Of a DNA stretch of 64,000 nucleotides, positions 1-11,440 are shown in pieces. The position numbers were made by a program, and so were the translations under genes. Source of the stretch: the human T2T-CHM13v2.0 reference genome, Homo sapiens. The DNA lies in assembly GCF_009914755.1 (NCBI RefSeq), contig NC_060933.1; one strand, written 5' to 3'. Position 1 is the stretch's first letter, and every line of letters begins with the position of its first letter. Below the pieces are notes generated by a model, which saw only the letters and a program-made list of their open reading frames with translations, was not told where the DNA came from and ran no database searches.

Positions 1-267
<267 letters not shown>

Positions 268-699
268 TAAATGTAGACTTTTAATCACTTCTCTTCTCCA
301 ATTCATCCCCTAAAGAACAACCAGAGTGACTTGTATACAGCACACGTCTCACTAGATCAGTTCTTTCTTTTATACTCTCCCCAAAAAATCTTCTGTGGCC
401 TACAGATTACAGCCAAAATCTATCACAGTTCACAGTATATGATTCCTGACCTGACCCAGACAAACAGTTTGGCCTCATCATGCCACTACATAGATGCTAT
501 ATTCCAACAGTAGTTTCATTGTTTTTCTTACATCGAGCCCAAACATTCTAGGGAAAAATAATTGACCCAGTAGTAGAAATGCTTGGGCTTTCCCACTCTG
601 GCCATATTTGACTAGTTGGAACACTAGGTCCATCCCTGAGTAATAAGGCTTATCACACTGTGTTGTCATAGAGCTATAGACCCTTCCCTCTTCCAAATG

Positions 700-1110
700 T
701 CACACATCCAGTTATTCAAGTCCTGAAGATTTTACCACTTACATTTTTCTCAGTATCAGTTAAAACGGGACCCATCCACCTCACTTTGGGCCTATCGTAT
801 TTAGCCTGCAATAGGCTTATAAATTTTCTCCTTGCTTCGCTCCTGACTTCCACTATCCATTTTCTACAATGCAGCCAAAGTCATTTTTTCAAAACCATAT
901 CAAGTACTTTAAAATGTGTCAGTGGTTCTCTATTATACCCAACAGATTTGAGCTTCCTAGAACTTTGTTTCAGACTCTGTCTCTTCTTTCAGAATGTGGA
1001 TCATCCAGCTGTGTGCACCTTGAGGACTGGGACTGTGTCTATCTTCGTCTCTGCTGTCTCTCTAGAACAGGCTTAAAACAATCACTGACTGACCTAATGA
1101 ATGTTTGTCT
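700..1110 (+). mobile_element. L2 LINE 3' fragments (highly decayed)
   Basis: L2 3'-end-like GAGGACTGGGACTGTGTCTATCTTCGTCTCTGCTG...AATGAATG; boundaries approximate. Confidence 0.5.
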
Positions 1111-1997
1111 GTCTTTCCTGCCTTTCTTTTTGTAGTTCCTTTTCTTCACCCTAACCCTAGGGCAAGATTTGCTAATTATCTCTGCGCTCTCACCTCCCAA
1201 CACTGGATCGGTGTCCGGGAGACACACTAAACACAGCCACTGAATCTCCTTTGGGTCTCCATTTCCCCAGATGAAATGTGGCTTCCTGAACCATGGCAAA
1301 GTAATTTCCCCATAGTATTTCTTGCCAAAGTCATGGAGCAAAATACCCTTGCTAACTCTAACCTGCCTGCCCAGTGAGCTTCCCCTTGGAGTCCAGGCTC
1401 CACATTCCTTTACAGCTCATTGGCCAAGGAGTTATAATTGATATACATTAATCCAATGCATGATGAAATCTGTTCTATTATAGGTTCCAAGCAACACTTG
1501 GCCTGAGAAATGCATAAACTCTTCTAATTCCTTATAGCTTCAGTGTTTAAGGATAAAGAAGAGAGTGTATTATGATACTTTTGTGGTATCAGACACATAC
1601 CAACAAAAATGTTATAGTCCAAAATAGAGGACGGTGACATTTCAGAGATAAATGCAGCCCCTGAAAGACATCTAGAAGTGTGATAGATCTTGACAGACCC
1701 TGAGAATACTAAAGGACACTGATAAGTCATGGGAGGTCACAACAGGCTGTGACTGGTCTTAAGAGGTCCTGGCAAGCCCCTGAAAGATGGTCAGGCTCCA
1801 AAAACTTCCAAAAGGTTATGACTGATCAAAATTCAAGACCGGAATTCAAAAGAATTAAGGTCACAGAGCTTGCTTTGGAGAACCTGAAAGTAGCAAGTAC
1901 AAGAGATGATCAAAAACCCAAGGTGAACTGACAGGTAGTGACAGGGAAGGGGAATGAAGACAGGCCTCAGATCAAGGGCCTGTTTAAATTGACTTCA

Positions 1998-2330
<333 letters not shown>

Positions 2331-3029
2331 AAGATAAAAACCCAACCACTTCACCATGACCCTCAGAATCAGTGCCTCATTTACAACTTCACTTTCTTCT
2401 CATTTATGCTCCATCAAACTCTATGTAGAAAGCACTCACAGCTTTCCCCAGCTTGAGGCTTCAGAACATTTGCTCCCCTTCATCAGGAACAGTTCTATAC
2501 TCCTCTTGTCCCTCATCTGGCTGATGGTCCCTCATCTCTCAGGGTTCAGTTTGTAAGTCACTTTCTTCTGGAAGCTTTGCCTGATCCCTCTAGCCTGGGC
2601 TGGTGCCCTTCTCCATATCAAACTGGGGAGGAGCAGAGCAAGACAAGTGTGAAAGGTTTTAAGAAATGGTGCCAGGATCTAAGAGGACCTGAAAAGGGGT
2701 TACTGCCTCAGGGGAAGTGATAAGCCAAGATAGGGAATGGCAGGAGGTCAGGATCAATGGTAGGTAGGGAGACTTTGAGAGGAACAATACCGAATGGAAA
2801 AAAAAAAAAAAAAAAACCTTTGAAAGGCAGCAAGATATGCAGAACCAGAGAGGATGCATGATGGACATCAATGAAGTCATACTGTCAAAGACACATTCCA
2901 AGGAGCATGGAGCAAGGCATGTCTGCCATTGACAAGGAAGATGGGCACTTCTAGGAGTGAGTGTATTTGTGAATGTGCACAGCATGTGGTGGAGAACAGT
3001 CTGCAAATTTACAGTGAAACCGCCTATGT

Positions 3030-3360
3030 CATTTGTCCTTCCGCAGCCCAAACCCCTTATCTACTCCTTCAGCCTGGCCAAACCCCATCCTCTCATTCTG
3101 CAGTGAGCTTCTGTGGACCTTGGAATGTTGATTCCACATCTCCAACCTTGCATGTTTCTTACAGCTTGAAATTCCAGAGATGAGAAGGCATATTTATAGA
3201 TAATTCTGAAAAAGTCCCAGAGAATGCCCCCATTAGCTTGGCTAGGGTCACGAATTTATCTTTGAACCAATCACCGTGGCCAGAATGACCAGAGTGAGGT
3301 GTCTTGAATGGCCAAGTCTGGACTATGGCACTCTCTCTGGGCTTTGACAGGGGAAGATGT
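3030..3360. mobile_element. MLT1-type (ERVL-MaLR) LTR fragment
   Basis: GGTCACG...TGAACCAATCACCGTGGCCAG...GAATGGCCAAG motif typical of old MLT1 LTRs. Confidence 0.55.
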
Positions 3361-4539
3361 TCAGTACTCATGTCCAAGTAACATATCTAATATTATATAA
3401 TGGTTCTTGTTCACAGTCTTTGCACTACCATTTTGCTGTGTCTTTTGGGTGTTTCCAGGCTCACAAAGATCCACGAGACAATTTAGAACTTTAAAATTAA
3501 GTCAGAAAGAGCCTTGGGCAACTCTGAGAAAGACCTAGATAAGTTTAAACCAATAATAAATGAATGCCCTCACTTTCTGAGCCATCTCACGCACTAATAA
3601 ACAGTCCTTTCTGATCTGCCCATCCCTTCAGGGTCTGGGTGAATTTGACTTTTATTAACTTTGTTTCTCTTCTCTAATTCTCCTCCTATTTAGAGCCAGG
3701 AGAATTATAGGCAAGTGGCCAAGTGCCAGAATAGCTTTAGGGAGACTTGCTGATTGAAGGGACATATTTCAGTCCTCACAGTTGGACTTGGCCACCTGGT
3801 GTGTTGAGTGACCTTGGGCCAGCCATTTAACCTCTCTGGATTTCTCTGCTCTCTGCTTTTTGAAAAGAACTAATCCATTTTTGTCTTTTCCCGGCACGTA
3901 GAGTGGGGACTAGAGACATCTTGGATGGCAGGACGTCTGGTTGCATGCCAGACAGATGATTTGCGTACTCGTAATTGACTGTTTTTTTTCACCTGCACTC
4001 ACCTAGTGCCTTGAATCTCCCCGTTCCTGCTGTCCTCAGGTAATGATCTGCCATTTCTGGCTCATGAGACATTCAGTGAAATACATCCTCTCCAAGCTTA
4101 CACGTGGGTGGGAGAAGGAGGGCAGGAGAAAGAAGGTAAAATCAGAAAAAAAGGGAAATGGAATAAAATATTTGGAATATAAAAGCTTTATTTCAGGTTG
4201 CATGTAAACCCTGGCACCAACAAGAATGTTAAATTATTTATTTATTGTCCAGAAATGCTAAGATGTAACTGTAGTTGGACTGAGTTGCCTGTACTGTTTG
4301 TTCTCTGCTTAAAGAGCCAAATTAGAAGAAATAAGGCTGATGCTAGAGAGCTTCACGAAACTTTCTGCATATTCTACAAGTTGAATAATTTATCCCTAGA
4401 TAACTAAAAAGAATATAGGTTTAACATAAAGAAAAATGGATTATCTCCAAGTCAAAAGCAATTAATATTAATTAGCTATTAATTATAAATTAATTAAGCA
4501 ATTATTAATTAATTAGTCTGGTCAGCAGCAACCAGATGA

Positions 4540-4870
4540 AGTCATTTATTCATTTAGCAAATACATATGTACTGAATACCTTCCATATTCACTCTGCTAG
4601 TCATGGTAAACAAGCACCATAATAAACAGAACAAATAAGGTGTCTTCCCTCATGATGCTTGAATTCTACTGGAGATAAATGCTAAACATTTAACAGATAA
4701 ATAATAGAATAATTGTATACAGTGATAAGTGTTATGAAGAAAATCCAATAGGTGGAGAGCTGCTCGAGTTGGAACTAATTTAGAAATGGTCAGCCGATTG
4801 CTTCACAAGAAGATGATGCGTGGAATGGGAGTGGAAAGATAAAGAACATTCGGCAGCTCAGAGCAAGAGT
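4540..4870 (-). mobile_element. L2 LINE 3' fragment
   Basis: TCATTTATTCATTTAGCAAATACATATGTACTGAATACC matches the reverse-complement L2 tail. Confidence 0.6.
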
Positions 4871-4878
4871 TGGGTAAG

Positions 4879-4958
4879 TGGAACCAACAACTAGGAAGTA
4901 ACCTCATCGTCTAGTTTATGGAACCAACAACTAGGAAGTAACCTCATCATCTAGTTTA
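4879..4958. repeat. 40-bp tandem duplication (2 copies)
   Basis: TGGAACCAACAACTAGGAAGTAACCTCATC(G/A)TCTAGTTTA twice, one mismatch. Confidence 0.97.
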
Positions 4959-5002
4959 TCTCCATCATTAAAAAAAAATTCTCTTCTGGCCTCTCTGTCT
5001 GA

Positions 5003-5336
<334 letters not shown>

Positions 5337-6035
5337 GAGTTCCTTTTTTTTAACGTTGTCTTTCATCTCTAGCCTCTTTTGTAGGGCTGAATCAGCATTT
5401 TCTGGATTTTGTGGAAGTTTGAGACACATCTTCCAGAGCTTGTCTGGACTTGGAGTTTGAAGAAAGTTTGGAGCAGCTAAGCACCTCCAAAGGTTGTGAG
5501 ATGGAAAATGGAAAGAAGTTTACTTTGAGAAATAAAGTGAAGCTTAGAGAATGAAGGTGAGGCTGAGAATGGATGAAACCGGAGACTGAGAAGGGATCAG
5601 CTTCCGGAATAGCACATCTTTCTTAGTTTTGGATTCTCTATTGCCACTTACTGAAAGGTCGCTGAGGCCAGTCCTCTATGGAGAGGGATCATCACACACA
5701 TTTACACATCGCTTTATGTTTTGTAAAATACTTTCATCACCATGTCTTCAATCATCATTAAAAAAAACAAACGAACCTGAATGAGGAAAAGAGGAGAACC
5801 ACCATGCTCACTTCATACAAAATGAAACTAAAGTCCCAGGAGAGCTTGGGTAGAGCATTCAAATTCAGAGTTCTACCCAAATCATCTACTGCATCATGCA
5901 GCCTTTAACATTAACCATCAGGGAGTGGATTTGATCCTTGCTGGCAGAACAGACATACATCTTGCTGTTTCCTGCTTTCTCACTCCTGGCAGACAACACA
6001 CACCAAACGCAGCCCTCTTTCCAACTGAACCTGGA

Positions 6036-6087
6036 CCTTGCCTGGGTCCTTTTAATCACACTATTCCAAGCAGCCACTACCAGTGAA
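6036..6087. repeat. 52-bp dispersed direct repeat, copy A (copy B at 7674-7725)
   Basis: 49/52 identity including a 38-bp exact core GGTCCTTTTAATCACACTATTCCAAGCAGCCACTACCA. Confidence 0.95.
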
Positions 6088-6669
6088 TTGGGATTAGCCT
6101 TAAAATAAAACCTTTTTCCAATCTTAAGTCACATGATGCCTAAGGTCTATTTTAACTTTGTTAAATGATTTTATATTTAATTGTGATGGTTCTAGAAACT
6201 AGCTTTTATCCAACTAAAAGTCATCAGAAGCCTATGATATCGTGGGCATCCCTTTATTCATCATGTGAGCAAGATATGTTTTCTAGAGTTTTGTGCTCAC
6301 AACCTGGTGGAGGTGATAGACAGACAAGTAACTGAACAGATGTCTAGTTTTTATGTATTTTAAAATATTTTAGAAGAACATAGGAGGCAGAAGGTAATGT
6401 CCATTAGGGATAAAGGTGGTGCTAGCAAAAGACAAATCTGGAATCCTTGTGGACAATATGTATTTTGAGTAGATTTCAAGGTGGAAGGAATGAAAAAGGC
6501 ATTTTCAACATTAAAAACCACTTAAACAGAGGCATCAAGGCACAGAGAGAGTTGTGTGTGGGAGAATGTCAATTTCTTGAAGGTCGAGAGTAAGTTTCTG
6601 TTCTGGATGCCTTAGTGGATGAGCAGTTGCTTAATTGGAATGCTTTCCATGTATTGATTGATTGAAAAA

Positions 6670-6820
6670 TAAAAAAGATCACTCACAAAAAAGTAACTAT
6701 GGGAGATGACAGATATGGTAATTTGCCTCACACTAGTAACCAACTTACTTTCTATATGTATCCTATAACATTTTGTTGCAAACCTCAAATAAACACAATA
6801 AAATTTAATTTTTTTAAACC
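6670..6820 (+). mobile_element. Old L1M 3' UTR fragment
   Basis: CACAAAAAAGTAACTATGGGAGATGACAGATATGGTAATTTGC...CAATAAAA resembles L1MA/MB 3' ends. Confidence 0.6.
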
Positions 6821-7673
6821 CCAAGGAAAAAAGGAAATGATGCTTATCTTTAGGAAGCTTACAACTGAACAGGAAAGCGGAGAAATATTTGGATATCAGA
6901 AAATGTGGGTTCCAGTTCTGACCCTAACTGCAACTTTGAGAAGTCACTCTCCCAAAAGCCAAGTTTCAAAGGTTAGAAAATGGCTTTATCTTAAGTGCTG
7001 ACCCTGATGAGTCTGGAGCAGTGTGCTGAAAATATGCCTCAAAGACACAAATGGCATTGCTATTTTCCTGCTAAATGAATTAGCAAAGTCTGCTATGGGA
7101 GGGGCTGGGAGAATGGCAATACCAGTGCCATATATTGTCATCCCCACACAAGTCCATTTCCAAGGTCCCTGTGAACTCTATGTTCCAATGATTCTTTCAA
7201 TAACCCTATGCTATCTATATTGTAACCTCAAAAGACAGCAGGTGGAGGAAATAAGATAATTTATCCTATGTCCACAGGATACACACACTATTGGAAACAA
7301 GAAAGGAAAACTCCTGACTACTCTCTTTTATTTTCAGATAACATTTTGAAAAATTCTTGGGCTCAGCATCCTTGGTTCCTGGCCATCAGCCCTGGTAAAA
7401 TCAGTCCCTTCTGGTCCATTACAAATTAAATAATCATAGCTCTATTCATCAGGAAAATATATGCAGAAAGGCTTCATACTCCATCAATTAGTATGAAGGC
7501 TTCGAGCCTTTCATTGACTAACTCTGAGCACTTCATGGTGACTATTTCGCTCGTACATCCACGGGAGTAGGCAGAGACTGCCTGCTATTGCCTGGCTCGG
7601 TGCTTCCGTGTAATGATTCTTCAAGTGCCTGCATTGGGAGTATACATCTGCCTGGCCACATTCCTGGCATATG

Positions 7674-7725
7674 CCTTGCCCAGGTCCTTTTAATCACACT
7701 ATTCCAAGCAGCCACTACCAATGAA
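7674..7725. repeat. 52-bp dispersed direct repeat, copy B
   Basis: Matches 6036-6087; ends 3 bp before the LTR12 TSD. Confidence 0.95.
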
Positions 7726-7732
7726 GTAGTAC

Positions 7733-9126
7733 TGTGTCCGGAATTGGTGGGTTCTTGGTCTCACTGACTTCAAGAATGAAGCCACGGACCCTTGCGGTGA
7801 CTGTTGCAGTTCTTAAAGGCGGCGTGTCCGGAGTTTGTTCCTTCTGATGTTCGGATGTGTTTGGAGTTTCTTCCTTCTGGTGGGGTTCGTAGTCTCGCTG
7901 GCTCAGGAGTGAAGCTGCGGACCTTCGCAGTGAGTGTTACAGCTCTTAAGGCTGTGCGTCTGGAGTTGTTCCTTCCTCCCGGTGGGTTAGTGGTCTCGCT
8001 GGCTTCAGGAGTGAAGCTGCAGACCTTGCGGTGAGTGTTACAGCTCATAAAGGCAGTGTGGACCCAAAGAGTGAGCAGCAGCAAGATTTATTGCAAAGAG
8101 CAAAAGAACAAAGCTTCTACAGCGTGGAAGGCGACCTGAGCCGGTTACCACTGCTGGCTAGGGCAGCCTGCTTTTATTCTCTTATCTGGCCCCACCCACA
8201 TCCTGCTGTTTAGTAGAGCCCAGTGGTCTGTTTTGACAGGGCACTGATTGGTGCATTTACAATCCCTGAGCTAGACACAAAGGTTCTCCACCTCCTCACC
8301 AGATTAGCTAGATGCAGAGTGTGGAAACAAAGGTTCTCCAAGTCCCCATCAGAGTAGCTAGATACAGAGTGTGGATTGGTGCATTCACAAACCCTGAGCT
8401 AGACACAGGGTGCTGATTGGTGTGTTTACAAACTTTGAGCTAGATACAGAGTGCCGATTGGTTTATTTACACTCCCTTAGCTAGACGTAAAGGTTCTCTA
8501 CGTCCCCACCAATCTCAGAAGCCCAGCTGGCTTCACCCAGTGGATCCCGCACCGGGGCTGCAGGTGGAGCTGTCTGCCAGTCCCGCGACTTGCGCCCGCA
8601 CTCCTCAGCCCTTGGGTGGTCGATGGGAGTGGGCGCCTTGGAGCAGGGGGTGGCGCTCGTCAGGGAGGCTTGGGCCGCACAGGAGCCCACGGAGGGGCGG
8701 GGGGGAGGAGGCTCAGACATGGCCGGCTGCAGGTCCCGAGCCCTGCCCCGCGGGAAGGTGGCTAAGGCCTGGCGAGAAATTGAGCACAGCAGCTGCTGGC
8801 CCAGGTGCTAAGCCCCTCACTGCCTGGGGCCGGCGGGGCCGGCCGGCCGCTCCGAGTGCGGGGTACGCCGAGCCCACGCCTACCCGGAATTCACGCTGGC
8901 CCGCAAGCACCGCGCCCAGCCCCGGTTCCCGCCCGCGCCTCTCCCTCCACACCTCCTCGCAAGCTGAGGGAGCCGGCTCCAGCCTTGGCCAGCCCAGAAA
9001 AGGGCTTCCACAGTGCAGCGGCGGGCCGAAGGGCTCCTCAAGTGCCGCCAAAGTGGGAGCCCAGGCAGAGGAGGCGCCGAGAGCGAGCAAGGGCTGTGAG
9101 GACTGCCAGCACTCTGTCACCTCTCA
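7733..9126 (-). mobile_element. ERV9 solo LTR (LTR12 family, LTR12C/D-like), complete
   Basis: Minus strand starts TGAGAGGTGACAGAGTGCTGGCAGTCC and ends GAACCCACCAATTCCGGACACA; TG...CA termini; 4-bp TSD GTAC at 7729-7732 and 9127-9130; CpG-rich U3, CCAAT-containing subrepeats, U5 subrepeats. Confidence 0.97.
8150..8480 (-). promoter_or_regulatory. LTR12 U3 promoter/enhancer (NF-Y CCAAT repeats plus AATAAAA TATA-like box)
   Basis: Four GATTGG (CCAATC on minus) boxes near 8246, 8374, 8415 and 8456; CTTTTATT at ~8172-8179. ERV9 LTR promoter architecture is established; activity of this copy is untested. Confidence 0.7.
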
Positions 9127-10654
9127 GTACTAGGTACTAAATCTGTTAATATTTGTAGAAGAGAGAGTGTTCATAGGACATTGTACCGAACAACTTGTTA
9201 AGCAGATATAACATGCCTGACCCACTGCGAGGCATAGGAAGAGGTCTCCAGAAACACAAGGCGGACTTTCTTCCTTTCTGTGCTGTCTGTGAAAATAAGC
9301 AGTTGGGCTGGACTGTGTCTATCAGTGAAATACAATATGAGGAACAGAAGTGTTCCGCTTGGGTTTCCGGTTATAGGAGCATGGTGATTTTTCAGGTGAT
9401 ACTCATTTAGATTACAACTTGATAGCGGCTTCTTCTGAAACCAGGTGAAGAATTCGTGGCTAATATTGCCACAATTTGTTGTTTACTGTTCCTATCTGCT
9501 TTGTAACACCTGCACTATGCTGTCCTTCTTGCATCTCAAACAACATCCTCTCCTTTATCTAGAGCTAGATTTGTTTGGCTGTTAATGTGATTTGCCTCTA
9601 AGAAACATTCTCTGAAAAGTCCAGAACAGCCTATGTTTAACCTTAGTAGCCTTTGATACGTCTTTTTGCAGCATGCTTATGTCAGGACATAAAAAGTCTG
9701 AATGTGAATTACGAATGGAGTTGTGTGCCATTTGTCGTTCACAACTGCTCTGTGGTCAATTTGTTTTCTTATTGACTTTTTTTTCTGTTCTCATCTGTTA
9801 TTTTCCAGATATTTATTGGGTACCTAATACTGTGTATTATTACCTTGGAATAAGTGGAAAAAGAATATAACTATAGTGCATCTTGTCTCTTAAAGCAGAG
9901 TCAAAATTCCTCTAGTAAAAGTCAGTTTTGTTTAGGCTTACCTCGTCATCTACCTGAATGGACCTTAGTGATTTGTTTAATTCAATCCTCTCTTTATATA
10001 GTTGAGAAAACTAAGGCTCCTAGAGGAAAAAGTGACTGACTCAAGGGTACGCAGCTCCCATGGGTGTAACCTAATTCTGATTCCTACTCCAGGGTTTCTT
10101 ACCTATATGCTGCACAGTGCCCAACACTGTGCAGAAAAGAGGAAGGAAGAGGTCATCAGGGCAAGTTAAGCAGGGTAGCTAAGAAATTAGTGAGTCATTT
10201 ATTTGCTGTATTTTCTCCATTCAATATATACTTTTTAAAGACTCGTTACTATTTGTGAGGTGTGAAAAAAACAGTCTCTGCCATCTGCCAGTTCACTTCC
10301 TGGTAGGGGAGAGAAATCCACACACATTTAATTTGCATACAGTTTAGAATTTTGGTAAGTGCTACGATCACAATAAATAAAATGAAACGTGTTTGAAGGT
10401 CAGACATTAATTGTGTTTGGTCCTATGAGCAAGTTTCTTACATTTTAGAACTTAGAGTACACGAGGGAAGAGGCATTCCATGAAAAGGGGCTAGCGGAGG
10501 AACATAAGTGTAAAAGGCCTCCAAATATAGTTTGCAGCATATACCAGCAGCAAAGACAGGAAAGTACCCCACTTAGGATCTGCTGGAGGTTAATCCTGAT
10601 CTTACGCCACTTCCCATTTAAGGTTTCATTGGTTTTCACGTAAGTGTGCATGGA

Positions 10655-10687
10655 TGCAGTGTTAGCTCTGGCCACATGATGGCGGTG
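10655..10687 (+). promoter_or_regulatory. Candidate CTCF site with upstream motif, overlapping YY1-like motif
   Basis: TGCAGTGTT-N5-TGGCCACATGATGGCGGTG; motif match only. Confidence 0.35.
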
Positions 10688-11243
10688 CAGGGCCACAAAA
10701 GGGTCGCAAAGCCTCTGAACTAATTTTGAAGGTTGTGTTTGTAAAAAATGCCGGGAAGGAAGAAGGGTGCCCCAGACCAGGGGTCAGAGCGGCTTGGAGG
10801 GGCTTCTGGGAGAAGACAGCAGCCCTCAGATCTGGAGAGGCGGGTGCCATTATTCTGAACCTCTGGTCTGTTCAGAAACTCCGGAAATAATTTAGATGTT
10901 ACATAACCTGTAGCCAGTGAAGAAAGCAGCCCTTTTGAATAGTACCCATTTAAAAAAATAAGAAGGCTTATAATACCCCACCTCCCAGTTTCCCTGAATG
11001 CTTTCCTTCTCTGTCAGGGTTGTGCCTGTGGTGCCTTGTTGCCACTTTGGTTGAGTAAAATGAGAGGTAGTTATCCAATGTGTTGGGAAAAGGAATAAAT
11101 TGTTTCTTAATTACAGTACCCCTCAGACAGTATACGGAGAGGGAAAGGACACTAGTCCAAAACCCTTTGATCTGGGCTTGCCTTGCTCAGGCCACTTGCT
11201 TGGTTTTTCTCATCTCTTGAGTATATGGCGTGGGGGGTGGTTT

Positions 11244-11264
11244 TGTGTGTGTGTGTGTGTGTGT
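11244..11264. repeat. (TG)n microsatellite
   Basis: About 10 TG units. Confidence 0.9.
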
Positions 11265-11379
11265 AATGGTGTGTGGTTGTGCGATTGCACCTATGTGTAG
11301 TGGAGGGAATAGAGATACATGTGGTGGTGCTGGCACAGGCCATAGCTAAGGGCATTTTTGGCTCTGTGTAGAGTCTGGG

Positions 11380-11440
11380 ATAGAGAAAGAGGAAGAGAGT
11401 GAGAGAGAGAGAGAGAGAGAGACAGAGACAGAGAAAGAGG
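11380..11440. repeat. (GA)n polypurine tract
   Basis: (GA)11 at 11401-11422 within a longer AG-rich run. Confidence 0.9.

Noticed and set aside
4879-4958. Short direct repeats as CRISPR-like arrays
   Set aside because: Only two copies each, no unique spacers of regular length, primate DNA, no cas genes.
8481-9140. Overlapping GC-rich ORFs of 73-197 aa
   Set aside because: They lie essentially within the LTR12 U3; high GC suppresses stop codons, and there is no protein family similarity.
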